DNA of 62,573 nucleotides, the filler included, from Rhabdomonas costata (lineage: Eukaryota): assembly GCA_019059605.1 (NCBI GenBank). It is 40 parts of 40 records of this genome, joined end to end, with 100 filler letters (N's around TTAATTAATTAA, not from the genome) between each part and the next. Parts side by side here need not be neighbours in the genome. Positions count along the whole stretch, not along the records: positions 36,048 to 37,514 come from JAHMHO010015195.1; positions 37,615 to 39,081 come from JAHMHO010015196.1; positions 39,182 to 40,647 come from JAHMHO010015197.1; positions 40,748 to 42,214 come from JAHMHO010015198.1; positions 42,315 to 43,776 come from JAHMHO010015199.1; positions 43,877 to 45,345 come from JAHMHO010015200.1; positions 45,446 to 46,908 come from JAHMHO010015201.1; positions 47,009 to 48,475 come from JAHMHO010015202.1; 32 more parts are not named here. One strand, written 5' to 3'. The first letter of the stretch is position 1. Each line of letters begins with the position of its first letter. The notes below the pieces were generated by a model. That model had not been told where the DNA came from. It did no database searches and worked only from the letters and a program-made list of their open reading frames with translations. A program made the position numbers and the translations under genes. Positions 36,751 to 50,041 of the stretch are shown piece after piece.

Positions 36751-38346
36751 GTACGAGCACACCCTCCCTCTGTCAAAGATCGGGAGAGGGGAGGGGGACT
36801 TTCCCGAACGATTTATCCTTGAGCAGTTGATGTTTTAATCATCTCTCTCTGCAAAGATCTACAAGTCAGGCCCCCTCGGAGCAGAAACTCGAAGTGGATC
36901 TATTCTATTTTATTCAATATCATTTTATTATGTGAGAGTTGACGGTTCAAGGTTGGAGCAGCCCTTCCAGATGTCATTTCTGGGCCACTCGGGGCTATTC
37001 GGGGGTACTTTTGCTGAGAATTCCAATCACGAAGGTATAATTTCACAGCCCTTTCACAGACCACCCCCACAGCGCAATGTGACCTTCGGCCACAGGCGCC
37101 TTTCCCTAAAATAATCTCTTGGTCTACTTGCCTACCCGGTATAGTAATGCTACTGATCTAAAAAAAAATAGGGGCAAACGTGATCCCGTGGTGATGATGG
37201 AAGCGATGAGCATTTCGAGGGCAGGAAAGAAATTCTCGCACATTCCTTTAGATGAGTCCAACCGAAATTGGGGAGGTGCTGGGGGGGATGACCGCATGCA
37301 TCCCGTAAGGCGTGAGCATACAAAGCGCTTGAACCACACTTAAATGCCTCAACGCTTCGGCGCCTCTGGAAAGCACGAAAAATGGAGCAAATAGCACCCC
37401 ATTTTTGTTTGGACATCACGAATAGGTGATTTTAATTCCCTGCTTTTTCAGCGCTCGACTTCGCTTACCTCTCAGTGATTTACTTTTGCACCGCTTCTTT
37501 CCGAAAACCACACANNNNNNNNNNNNNNNNNNNNNNNNNNNNNNNNNNNNNNNNNNNNTTAATTAATTAANNNNNNNNNNNNNNNNNNNNNNNNNNNNNN
37601 NNNNNNNNNNNNNNGTGTTGGGTGTGGGTGGGGGGGTTTTTACACTATTTTTGTCATATAAAAATCTTGTTGTGGGCTTCTTCTTCTTCTTTTTTAATCT
37701 CGCTCTGGGTCGTCGCACTCTCGGCCCTTAATCACTGCGAGCTTGGTCACAGCCAACGACGACAGGAAACACATTCGAGCAAGGTGGGAAACTCGCCAAG
37801 GCGGTCTCTAGTTCCGTTCGCAATAAACTAACAAAATCACACGGGCGGTGGAATAGAGAAGAGGCACGAAAGAAAGAGGGGAACCCGCTGGGAACCTCCT
37901 ATCGCTCAACAATACCAGAGCCCCGACGAAGTTTCTCCATCTTATGCTTGAAACAGCGATGCAGTGTGTTATCGCAAGGGGGGGGGGTTCCACCGGCTCC
38001 TTTTTGATGTGTGATGTAAGCCTGCCTTGAAAAAGACCTGATTTATAAAGCGATACTCCACTCCTTGCGACCCTGTGACCCCGCTTCCAAAATCAAACCC
38101 ACTCAGGGACAGACAAAACCAACGGGGAACAGGAAGTGGCGGACTCACGAGCACAACCGAATGATGACAATTAGAAAGCTGAAATCAAAGGCAAAAAGCA
38201 ACGAGGCCCAAAACACAGTGAAAAGCCAATCACCATCATGGGCAAGTTATTGTGCAGATTGTGTTCGCTTGCGAATGACTTGCGAATGGTTGCGAGAGAT
38301 TAATTTGGTATGCTGATGGTAGTGGGGGATCGGGAGGGGGTGAGAC

Positions 38347-38802
38347 CCGTCTGGAATGAGGAAGAAGGTACGCACAGGTTCGACTGCGTCGCAGATGAAG
38401 AACCCACGTCGCTGGAACTGGATCACGTCTCCCTTCTTCACTGCGGTCACCGCAGGTTCCGCAAGCCCTGACCACCAAAGCACCAAAGCACCAAAGCTCA
38501 ACAGCGCAGAAATCACACCTTTCCAGAAATCAATATGGAGTCCGAATGGTAAACCCAGGTGATTCCAATGACACACTCCAGAGACAACACACCCTCCAGG
38601 ATGTACTGGGTGCGTTCACGGACGATCGAGTCCACATCGTCGTCCTTGCTGATGTCCCTCTCCGTGATCAGGGAGTCGAACTCATACATGCGCACCGGCA
38701 CGTTGGAAGTGTCTTCGGCAATCCAGGACAGCTTCTGCTCCGTAGTCTTGTAGTCGCCCTCCAAATGCAAAGTGAGGGTGAGGGTGGTAATCGCCCCTGC
38801 AT
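38347..38802 (-). CDS. Cytosolic glutamyl-tRNA synthetase anticodon-binding domain; exons 38802-38593 and 38467-~38347
   Basis: LHLEGDYKTTEQKLSWI, YEFDSLIT, KKGDVIQFQRRGFFICD and IPDG motifs of eukaryotic GluRS; phase-1 GT-AG intron. Confidence 0.9.
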
Positions 38803-39181
38803 CTGCGGGTGGACAGCAACGCAACGAAAGAAAAATGGAACGTTAGCCGAAGCATAAGTACTTCAGTGATGCATTTTGCCGATTTTAAGCAAATTGAAGA
38901 AGCATTTTCAATCTGCTGTCCTCAGCCCAACCAGAACCGACTTCAATGGCCCAAGAATGCAGCTAACCATCCCTTCGAATCCCCTTCGAATTCCATTCAC
39001 TTTTTAACAACAATTATTTTATTTTCAAGATAGCCACATCCAACAGGAAAGCGCGACCTACACGTGAATCCCAACCCCAACNNNNNNNNNNNNNNNNNNN
39101 NNNNNNNNNNNNNNNNNNNNNNNNNTTAATTAATTAANNNNNNNNNNNNNNNNNNNNNNNNNNNNNNNNNNNNNNNNNNNN

Positions 39182-40201
39182 GGTGTTGTGGAGAGTCGAT
39201 TGGTGGACTTCTTGGCGACAATGCAGGCCTCAACGAAGCGACTGCTGGACTTCGCGGGGAAGTCCACCATTGGTCCAGGTGCGCTGGGAGCGACTGCTTT
39301 GCATCAGAGTTACTATTACAGTCATGGGTACATCAGCGTCCAGAAGTCAATAGTAAAGGTACTCGGAGCGATGCATCCCGAGCAACTCTGTGCAAAGCGG
39401 AATGAAAGGTCTGCTAGCGTTGCAGGTTAGCGTGGCGTGCACGGGTTTTGCTGAACATTTGGAAATTTTATGTGCTTCTTGTATGTACGTTTGCGTCGGC
39501 CTGTAATCTCGCTGGAACTTCTCTGACAGTTGTTTCATGAGAATTTCCATGTGGCTGATAGTAGCTGCACTGACGGCCACACCTTTGCTGTGCCTTTACG
39601 CCAATGTCCCCGCCACAACCTATGCTACCGAAGTGTAACTTTGCGTGCATGGCCACAGTTTATTCTGATGGAACCAACCCGGGACTTATACTTTGACGTG
39701 GAAAATAACCACGTAATGGTAATACTCCACGTTCGGCAACGCATTTCAAGGGTTCATCGCCATTTGTTGCGCAGGCCCGCTCTTAACAGTCATGAGATTC
39801 TGCGGGAATGCTTTCCGCTGCGGAGGTAATGTTTGGCAAGTCCTCAAGAATGCATGTTTTCCCCGTTTGCTGTCCGCGTGGGCTTCCCTTGCATGGGTGC
39901 AGGCAACCCTTCCACTGCGGACATGCGCCTGGAGATGTTCACCACCCCCCGAAACAATCCCCCGGGGGCGACCAGCCTGGTGCTGGGCTTCAGCAGCGGG
40001 GAGGCCCTGATCCTGGACACGGACCCCCAGAGCGGGGCTCTGACCTGGGGCCTCATCACGAACATCACGGACTACCGCCTCGCCAGCTGGCCTGCGACAG
40101 TCGCAACTGACCCCCAGCAAGGCCTGACCTCGGGCTCGGCGTGGATGCGGCGCTACGGGGAGGCCACCTTCGTGGGGAGCCATTTGGACAGCACTCTGCG
40201 G
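39182..40201 (+). CDS. Cache-like receptor paralogue of 30033-31052; exons 39182-39278 and 39903-40201
   Basis: TSLVLGFSSGEALILDTDPQSGALTWGL...WPATV aligns with TAVALGLGTGELLGLVAHPSTGELFWSV...WPATV; identical intron phases on both sides. Confidence 0.65.
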
Positions 40202-41169
40202 GTTTGCGGTTGGTTTTTTCTGCCGGGGATGTTCGAAAAAATACTCTGCGTCACAGCAACCTGTGACTTCACATCACCCTGAGGAAGGGGGGTGAGGAAT
40301 ATGCTTTGCTTGTTTCATCCGGATGGCCCCTGCTTTTTTTTTTTTGCAGTTTTTGTTTGAGGCAGTCACCTTCCACGGGCTCTTTTCCAGTTCTAGCAAT
40401 CGCGGATAGGAAAGGAGGGTAGCCGCAAGAAATGGGGATAGAAAAGAATAGAGGTACAAAGGCGCGGTCGTGATTTAGATGCGCCGCGCAGCTGGAGTCA
40501 GAAACAGCCGTTTCAGTCGTCGGGACCCCCATACTTTCAATCAAATCCAGGGGTTTTCCGTTCCTCCCTTCCTCCCGATCCCACCCTTTCTGATAGCCTC
40601 CAACGTATATTCCTCACGTCCGTTGGACACCCTGTAGAAAAACAAAANNNNNNNNNNNNNNNNNNNNNNNNNNNNNNNNNNNNNNNNNNNNTTAATTAAT
40701 TAANNNNNNNNNNNNNNNNNNNNNNNNNNNNNNNNNNNNNNNNNNNNTGTGGGGTGGGTACAGCTGCGTATCGTACAGATGCAACAGAAAAAGCACATCG
40801 CCATCCATGTCTCCTATTTTGTGGCCAACAATGTCCCTTAATCAAAGATGTGCTGGTTTGGTTCTAATGAGAGCTTGGGTGAGGTTAGATTATGCTGGCC
40901 AACAACCGGCACTTTACGGGGCGTTGTGGCGGCCCTTCAAATCTCAGCAAGTACCCTGCATTCTTTGTTGGATGCAAGCCTTGTATAAATCCGTCTGCGC
41001 TCGTGCAGAGGAAAAGTATTATATAACCCCGTTTACACGAAGCAGTCATAATTAATGAGTGTTGGTACAGTTGATTTATGAGCCATTGATAACCTGTAAC
41101 CCCAGCATTGACTCCACCTGTCACCTCTGGTAAACCTGTCATGCTCTCTTGTCCGATGGTAACGTTCAG

Positions 41170-42183
41170 GCACCGCACCGCGAGAGCCTGACTGGCTCCC
41201 CGCTGCACGCTGTCCCACAACCGCGGGCTGGCGCTGGAATGAAGGAGGCAGGAACTGAGGTATCTCTGGGGTTGGGGGTGGAGGTTCGAGCGCGCTGTGT
41301 ACTACGGGGTGTCCCAGAAATGCACTTGATGTATTTATCCCGTTGATGGAACTTATAATGAGAGTGTGGAATTGACTCACCAAAAGTCAGTCTGAACGTG
41401 CTTTGCTGGTTGGTTTCACGTTTCCCTCTTTCTGGTTTTGCGGTGGAATGGGTACCAGGCGAATAGGTTTTGACGATGGAACTACGCCTCCAGTTGATTC
41501 CCTCTGTTCTTCCAATCCATTATTTACCTCCTGACGTTTTTCTCGCTTTTCTGAGAGGAGGATCATGTCTTGGGGCATGCACTATCCTCGTTTCGTGGAC
41601 TCCAGCTCAACTTTTGCGTAGGCAGGTGGCTGGGAACTGGGAAGCTGACTCTGATGTTTGCCTGAGAGGGGGGTCCGGTGAAATGACAGCATCCATGCAG
41701 GCATTCCTTTGCCTCCAGGTTCCACGCCGTGAGAGCTTGGGTGTGTTTTCGCCCCGAACTCGTGCCGCAGCTGCCGCGGTTGCTGCCGCTGTACAGACCG
41801 AGGTGTGCGGAGGGGGGAAGTTGCTCTGCATGTTTGGGCGGGGGCATCATTTATCACACCCTCGGGCTTTTTTGAGTTGTGTGTATCCTGTCCCTCCCAC
41901 CACATCGCTATTCGAGGAGCAGCTTTCACTTTGAGCTGGCTGGAGCCTGAAGTTAGGCGAGCAATCGGCGTTCACTACTCACACCGTGAATAGCGCTGAT
42001 ATGCAAAAGTCAATTCTTGGGAGAGAGTGGAGTGGCGAAACAGAACCAGGCCGCAGTCGGGCCATTTCTCTCATTACTCTTCTTCCTTCTCTTCTCTGTT
42101 CACTTCTTGGTGGGATGTGTCCAGGCCCTGTCTTCGAGCGCCGTGCCCGCTCCTTCCCCCGTGGGCTTTGCTGCTCAAGCAGG
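41170..42183 (+). CDS. Three short exons of a low-complexity unknown protein (~41170-41259, ~41719-41802, ~42125-42182)
   Basis: Each is bounded by CAG and GT; they join in frame as APHRESL...TE|VPRRESL...TE|ALSSS. Confidence 0.4.
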
Positions 42184-42788
42184 TGCCCTTCGATGCACAG
42201 ATTCACCACCACACNNNNNNNNNNNNNNNNNNNNNNNNNNNNNNNNNNNNNNNNNNNNTTAATTAATTAANNNNNNNNNNNNNNNNNNNNNNNNNNNNNN
42301 NNNNNNNNNNNNNNTTTGATTGGGCGCTTCCGCAGAACTTTGCTCGAAGCAGAGAACATCCATAAACGGAGTTCAGCTGAAAAGATAATGGAAAGTGTGA
42401 CGATCCCTGTTTAGCCCTATTCAGAAAATTCCAGATTCAAGGAAAGCCAAATCTCTCACCTCATCCTGCACAGGATTTGGTCCCAGAGACTTTTGGCGTG
42501 CACCCAGATGTCTTAGAAACCACAGTTCACGACGGATCGGGGACTGGGATGAATCCATCAGAGCTCACATCAATGCTCTAACCTAGAAACTCGGGGGTGG
42601 AAATAATAAATGCAACGTGGACACATGTCAACCAACAGTTCGGGACTTTCCGATTGTTTTCTTTACCATTATGTTCTTTTTGTGTGCTGGTTTTCTCTAG
42701 CTTCTTTGTTTGGTGCGCCCGTTATTGCTGTGTTATTTTCCATATCTCTGTTTCCATGGTCTCGTTCTGAGCAGCTGCAAAAGTCAAA

Positions 42789-43017
42789 ATGGAGGGAGTG
42801 TACACCCTGGAGGTTTTTGTGCACTGTCTTGTCCTTGACAAGGCCTTCTCATCGTCCGCGGGTTCGGTTGGGGTCGGATTTCGGCTGGCGAGCTTTCCAA
42901 TGGTTTCGGTTTGGCCCGCCGCGTCGGCCGCGGGAGGAAGGCCGTGCGGGGCGGATCAGGACGCCCTGGACCTCACCGTATTTGAGGCTGGGAAGACGTG
43001 TTGGTTCCAGATGAGCG
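42789..43017 (+). CDS. MAP10/KIAA1383-like N-terminal domain, first exon
   Basis: YTLEVFV...GFRLASFPMVSV...FEAGKTCWFQM resembles the AFRLLDFP...GKSCLF signature; probable GC donor at 43018. Confidence 0.6.
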
Positions 43018-44265
43018 GCATGTGCATGCGTATGCGTTTATGGACGATTGCTTTTACATTTCACCCCATGGACCTGGTGTACGTTTTTTTTCAAAATCGA
43101 GTACCCATCGTTGGGTGGCGTCTCCCTCCGGGTCGCTCTAATTTTTTTTTTGGTTTCCCCTGTGCTGAGCATGGTGCGAGAGTGCCCCAGCCTAGCACGC
43201 CCACTATGTACGTCGGGAGAGGTAGGGGATGCAGGGAGCAGGTTACCAGCCCGCAAAGCACGGGCCTCCTGCCAGCGGAGGACACCCGTCCGAAGACGGT
43301 GTCTTTGTCCGGGTCGACGCAAAGCCAACCACAGCGGCCGGGAGGAAGGGAGCACCACTCTCCCCCAAAAAAGTTCACTCCTCCCCACTCCCAACGGACG
43401 TCAGTATCCCGCTGTAACGGGCAGCTGCGAGCTGCCTGAGGGCGTGGGGGGAGCTGGGCTGTGTGACAAAGGGTGAAGGGGTCCCCCCAAAGGGCGAAGC
43501 TCAGCTGCGCTACGATGCCTTTTTGCAAATTCATACGTCCCCAGAGTATTTTTGTTGCATTTTTTTTGTAGCTCTGTTGCCTGATCGCCCGGCACCTGGC
43601 ACCAGCGTATGGTATTATTCTCGGTCGGAGGATCCAGTAGCCCTTCTTTGGACATCGGCCGGCCGTTGGTTGTGGTTAGGGAGAGTAACTGATAGTTCAC
43701 AAAACGTCTACTCAACAATCTTCCTGTCTCCCGGAGTGTATCCAGTTTCCGGAAGCATTTCCATCCCCAACACACANNNNNNNNNNNNNNNNNNNNNNNN
43801 NNNNNNNNNNNNNNNNNNNNTTAATTAATTAANNNNNNNNNNNNNNNNNNNNNNNNNNNNNNNNNNNNNNNNNNNNCTCACGCAAAGAGAGGGCGCGCAG
43901 TGACTGTTGACGGAAAACACTTCTGACTATTTCTGGCTACTTCACGCGATTTTGACTTCAAAACGAGAAAGGTGTTTTTGACTTGTTTGACCGGGTGACC
44001 TTGAACCGGATTTTAAACCTTGAACAGGATTTTCACGCTCGAGACGTGACTTTTGAACACTCAAAATGAGACGTTCGCGCAAATTTTCTCGCATTCAAAT
44101 TTCAGCTCTGTTCGCTGAGCTTCGAAGTGCAAAGCGAAAGGAGGATGCCTTTCGTCCAGCAAAAGAGTAGGGAAACCTTAATCTAATGAATCACAATTGC
44201 ATAAAGCAGAGACAACACCACCAGGGGCACATTTAGCAATAAAAAGGGTGGGGTGAGAGGCGAAC

Positions 44266-44944
44266 CCAAATCCTGCATCTTTCGCCATGCGATGGGCTCC
44301 AAGTTGCCTGTCACGAGCCCAAACGCGACGTCCGAACGGCTTCCCAGGGCTCGCAGCAGCTCGGGCACCCCGGGCAGCACCCGGCCCCCTTCCGCGGCGG
44401 AGCGAGTACTTTGGTTCACAAAGTCCTCCATGACTCGCTTCAGCTGATGTGCGCATACTTTTACAAAACTCTTTAAACTCATGAGAAGTCTTCCGCGGGA
44501 GAAATTAGCTCATGATCCATGATGTTTATTTCTGTTTTCGTTTTCTCGAAACACCCAATTAGGGCAGCGGACGGCAGAACCACAGCACAGCCAAGGTCAC
44601 GTGATCACCATAGGCACCACTTCAGACAGGCAGAGGGAGAAGTGAACCCGACACAGTTGTTAGGGTAAAATCAACCCGAGGCAGCCCCCAATAAATTCAG
44701 CAATGCCAGGCTGCCGCCAAACTGCTAGTTTCACACCGTTCCGAGCCAGAGTGGGCGCTATCTCACGGCTAAGCAGCGAGCAGTAAAGGGAAATGCACAG
44801 GGCTCCCAGGCAATACACCTCTGGAAGAGCCTCGATCACCTTCTCACGGGAAACCCCGTGGAGCTCCAGCACCTCAATCATGATCAGCGGGTCTGTACTC
44901 CCGTTGTGAACGATCTCGTCGATGTGGGCGTCAATGTCAAAAAC
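44266..44944 (-). CDS. HAD-superfamily hydrolase; exons 44944-44819 and 44443-44266
   Basis: HNGSTDPLIM cap motif, VLPGVPELLRAL and motif II GLVTGNLEPIAWRKM; phase-0 GT-AG intron. Confidence 0.85.
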
Positions 44945-45476
44945 CTGGTTCCAACACAAGAAAGCTCCAGCAAAGGTTTCTTTTTGCACGTTGTGTGTGG
45001 GAGGGCGTTTAACCCTGCCATAGTGTGATGTTGAGTTCCAGTCAACAGCAGCCTGCAATATATTATGCGTGGAATGTGGGCATTCACGCTAAAAGAAACG
45101 CAACAAGCCGCAGTTTCGACCACCACAGAGTTGCACAACAGAACAGAACCATGCAAAATGCAGCATCTAAGGTAAGGCCCTACTGCGTGCTAATTCTTGT
45201 TGATCCAAATTTTACCCACAGTGTTTGCGAGAGTCAGTCTGGCGGCACGTAGCCCCCTCAGATGTGCGCTCTTGAGATGGAAGCGTTTCTTTTTATAAAA
45301 TATAGATTCACAGCAGTGTGCGTTAATACTAGTGATACACAAAACNNNNNNNNNNNNNNNNNNNNNNNNNNNNNNNNNNNNNNNNNNNNTTAATTAATTA
45401 ANNNNNNNNNNNNNNNNNNNNNNNNNNNNNNNNNNNNNNNNNNNNTGATGGTGTGTGGACACGCACACATACACAC

Positions 45477-46513
45477 CGCTGGCACCACTCCAACAAGTAC
45501 TGAAAGGGCAGCACCGGGTCGGGCCAGGATTCCGGGTCGTACACGCGGATAAGAAGCTCTTCCTGGTCACGCCCCACAAAGGCGTTGGTGACGCCCAGAG
45601 TGGGGCAGCTGAACGCCGTGAACTGCCTTCCCCCTGTCCCGCCACACCGCCCTACGAGGGTCTCCGGCCGCAGCGCCCCCAGCACCCCAAGCTGGGCCAG
45701 AAAGCTGCAAGCCCGCACTGCAGCGGCCTGGTCCGCAGCACCCGGGGTAGGGCCCATCCCCGTGGCGCAGAAGGACTCTAGCTCCCCAGAGGGACCTCGG
45801 ATCGGCACCTCCACCGCGCTGACCATGTCTGAGAGACAGTGAGCATGTGTGTGCGTGTGCGTGTTGGGGGGGGGTGACGGATGTGGTACATAGCCCACTC
45901 ATCCATACATAAATCCACACATACACTCGCTCCCTCACTCAGACACACACCCTGAGTTGGGTCTGTACGGTAGGGACTGATGAGGATAAGTTCACGCCCT
46001 CCGAAATCGGCTTGAATACAAATTCACAGTTCAACAAGTCAGTCTCAATCAGGCAACACAACAATGAAGGCAGCTCTGGCCCCCACATATACACCAACTA
46101 ATCTCTCTCTTGGGAAATGGCACAGCTCGTCACATATTTGTGCGTGTGCCATAGTGAGAGCTTGCAACCAGAACGCACGACCTACCAGAATTATCCCAGT
46201 CGCAACCTACAACAAACCCTCAAGAGAGAACCCCCCCCTGGGTTTCACTGTCGCGCATACAGAGTTCGTCGCTAATCCGGTGAGGAGTTTGGCACTGCAG
46301 GTAGTGCGGGCGCGGGCGGGGCTCGGGGTGGTCGCGGTGGAAGTCGAAGAAGTATTGCTCCAGCAGCTGCGCTGGGGCCAGGTGGTACCACTCAAGCAGC
46401 TCCTTCTCGGACACCACCTGGCGCCCCACGGCGAGCCCACGCACCACGGCCTTCATGGAGGCCTCCGTGCGCAGCAGGGCGTCCACCTTGGACAGCTCCT
46501 TGGGCTTCGCCAT
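45477..46513 (-). CDS. Protein with a divergent dsRNA-binding motif; exons 46513-46261 and 45828-45477
   Basis: PAQLLEQY helix, beta strands, then ATGMG...ADQAAAVRACSFLAQLG (dsRBM alpha2); phase-1 splice in frame. Confidence 0.5.
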
Positions 46514-47102
46514 CTCAGAAAAGAACAAGGAGAGAAGTTGAAAAGTCAATATAAGCACAGTGACACATTATGTGTTTAATAATTGAAGATAATTATGTCT
46601 GGTAAACGTCATCCAAAACCTGTGTGGATTAGTGGTGAAGAGGGTTTTGAAGAAATTCAAATTACCCTTAGTGGAACTGCAAGCCAGACACTACTTCGCC
46701 AATTCCCTGATTGGTGGCAACACTTGCTGAATATTCAACCCTGAAACGCACGGAGCCTCAAGTGTACACCATGCAGGAACTAATTGCTACTTTGCGCTTT
46801 TTGCGTCATCATTATCCATGGTACTCCATATAGAACAAGCAGACAAGCCAAGCAACAGCCACCCCCCCCCCTCCTCCAGGCACACACACACACACACACA
46901 CCAACAACNNNNNNNNNNNNNNNNNNNNNNNNNNNNNNNNNNNNNNNNNNNNTTAATTAATTAANNNNNNNNNNNNNNNNNNNNNNNNNNNNNNNNNNNN
47001 NNNNNNNNCTGTTCGTGCTGGACAACACGACGGGCGTTGGGGTGAGAGTGTGCGCCGTGCCCATCCACACACACACACACGTGTGCGCGCACACACACAC
47101 AC

Positions 47103-48469
47103 CCAGATCGGTGTCAGCGGAGCGAATCGTGGGCAGCCCAAAGCTGGCGCGCATCATGTACTCCTTCCCGCCTGGGAAGGACTTGATTGACCACACGATC
47201 GCGTCGTGCTCCGGGGCATAGCGGGCGGTCCCCGTGTTGGTCTGCGAATTCAAAAAAGGTCCGGCAACGTCCGTCATCACACCACAGACGATGCAAAAGG
47301 AGAAGAAAGAAAGAAAGGACTGCCAGTGCAACGTGACAAACAACCACCAGGATGCGTGCGCGAGAAAATGAAAGCTATCTGATATTGTGTTGGCCTTCGG
47401 AGACAATTATGATGATTGGATGTGATTGGATGCTGAGACCCGAAAAGACTCAATTCTAACAAAACCAAAAAAAAACATGAGTTTCCAAGAACAACAACAG
47501 CATCAATGACCCCGAAGAAAAGCGTTTTTGGAATTTCATTACACTACCACCACCGCCACACTGGCAAAATGCAACCCAAGGAAGGTGCACAACTGCAGAC
47601 TCCGCCGAGGAAACATTAGAAATCGAAAGCCACCGAAGATTTATTTGTTTGATTGTTGTTTGATGAAGATTTGTTGGTTGATTTCTGACGCGACACGCTA
47701 CTGTTGGTTCCAAGCTCGAAAATCCGGCACCACTCCGTTACAGCGACTGTGCCCTCACCATCGCTTTTCGGCTATTCCACAGAGAGGCTTAGCCAAATAG
47801 TAGTGCTCCGTACTGCGCCTGTGCCACGTTTCCTGAACCTAGTTCGCGAGTGTGGATGACCTTGAACGTGGGAGTGTCTGCGTCATTGGGTACGGGAACG
47901 AGGATCTCCACCCCGTTGGCGCTGGAGGACTTCTTGTACTGCGACCGGCACTGTGGGTGAAGGGAGGGTGCAGCCACTCAAAGCAGTGCGGATGCCCCCG
48001 ATTCACCCCACCCCCACCCACACACACACAAGACCCAGGCCTCTCAGCCAGCCCATGGACCCATTTGGGGACCATTCCACCTGCTATCGCCATTCGAACA
48101 TTCGGTTCAGCCCTCTGAAGCAATAATTGACACTTGTACTGAGTTTTCCGTTTTCAAATGGTTCGCGTACTAGCCCTTTTAGAGCGACGGTGGTTCCGCA
48201 TTCCAAACCACTCAACGTTCCCAAGGCTGCAGTATTTGCAATGTCAAATTCGAGCTTGCTCCACCCAGCAGCCAAAAGGGTGGCGGCTATGCCAGTGCAG
48301 ACTGGGATCGTTCACTCTTCGTCTTCCCCAATCACGGCGGCGTGATGATTGCCAACCCAAAGCATTCGCTCCAGAAGTCCAACCCAAGAGCACAGACCTT
48401 TACAAGGTATTCCAGCCGACTGGAGCCATGCTTCTCCACCTGCGCCTCGACGCTGATCATGGGCCTTAC
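47103..48469 (-). CDS. AP1M: AP-1 adaptor mu subunit; exons 48469-48398, 47950-47861 and 47241-47103
   Basis: SRLEYLVK|CRSQYKKSSSANGVEILVPVPNDADTPTFK|...AIVWSIKSFPGGKEYMMRASFGLP; all introns GT-AG and in frame. Confidence 0.93.
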
Positions 48470-48823
48470 CTAATTNNNNNNNNNNNNNNNNNNNNNNNNN
48501 NNNNNNNNNNNNNNNNNNNTTAATTAATTAANNNNNNNNNNNNNNNNNNNNNNNNNNNNNNNNNNNNNNNNNNNNGTTTTTCGGCCGTTTTCATTTTGAC
48601 AGGTCGGCTGGGTAACCAGAGCTTTTTGTTGTGGGCCGGGGCCCCTCCCCGCCGACTCTGTGTTGCCGTCCCGGAAAGGGGACGTGGGTAATGACGGCCC
48701 AGTGCACCTCCCGACCGAATGGTCTCAGAATGCGACAAAAGTAACCTGCACAGACGGGTACGGTTGTTGTTGACTTCTGGAGGGTCGTAAGTGGACCAAG
48801 CCGAGGCCAACCAAGCCATCGAC

Positions 48824-50041
48824 TTACATCACAATCATGTTGATGGGGATCTCGATCAGGCCTTGGGCCCCAACAGCCTTCAGCCGGGGGATGATATTCC
48901 GGATGAAAGACTTGTCAACCACGGTCTCCACGGCGATCCACCCCGCCTCTGCCAGGTGGTTGATCGTGGGGCTGTGCAGGCTCTGCGACGCTAGAACCTC
49001 CAGAATCTGCACAAAAAGGCGGGATTTCAGATATACCCACACGCGCCGCGGGAGGCAAATGACGACATGGGCAAAAATGATAGGAAAGGATAGTCGGGAA
49101 AAGACACTACACTATGTGTGTGGGGGAGTAGGCGTCAGGTTGAGGTCTCTCTCTCTCTCTCTTAAGGGATGGAGCAGACGAAAAAGGTTGGAAAGTTGGA
49201 AAGTTAGTGCGCCAGAACCTGAGGCAAGTCCGCCTCCTTGGCGTTGAATTTCAGCAGCACCTTGGCCCCCGCGTCGAAAGCGCCCTTCAGCATCAGACAA
49301 ACAGCATCCATCTTAGCCTTTTTCTGCAAAGAGCGAATGACCCGAAGACTTATCAACCCACCCAACTCCATTAAGACAAGAGCTGTACCGAAGTCACCCA
49401 TGTTCCTCCACATCACGATCAAAAAACAGACAATAACGTACGTTCCAAGATGGCACAAATCGCCTCCAACGGTACAAACCGCCAATCCGATCCACACTGG
49501 TGCCAGCATCTAGCATCTAGTACCGGTATTTCTGTCTGAAAAACGTTATGAGACGAGAAGGGAGGACACAACACTCCCCTGTATGCATCACTCGGTAATA
49601 TAAAGGTTTATATAAGGTTCTGTCATCGAGTGTGCTGATCTAGCCCAGCTCCTTCCCTCTAACCATAGGATATGGGGAACCTGAAGGGCCAAAAACTTTT
49701 GCTGGGACTTGAATACTATTCAGGTCAAATTATGAATGTATCCCACGTCCACATGAGAGTGACGCAATCATTGGTGATGGACACAACGCAACATCTGATG
49801 TAGGATCATCACATTTCTGGGAATGCAAAAGTGCAGTGACGTTCCGGACATTCATACCATGCGGACGACGTGGGCGGGGTGCACGTGGGGGGTGGTCGAG
49901 TATCGATGTGTGGAAGTGTGTGTGTGTGTGAGTGGGCGGGAGGGAAGTAGCTAGTGATTCGTTCTCACTGACCACATTCACCAAACTCACCCTATAACAC
50001 ACCACGGGGTCCTTGAGGGAGTCCTTGTTGGCCACAAACAC
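48824..50041 (-). CDS. hisG: ATP phosphoribosyltransferase (long form), 3' exons 50041-50003, 49323-49219 and 49006-48824
   Basis: FVANK...LKGAFDA..KVLLKFN...SPTINHL..GWIAVETVV...LKAVGAQGLIEIPI: HisG with its C-terminal ACT-like domain; phase-0 GT-AG introns. Confidence 0.9.

Noticed and set aside
41719-41802. BACK-domain-like reading FHAVRAWV...LPRLL
   Set aside because: The phase-0 frame joins the flanking exons consistently and repeats their RESL...TE pattern.
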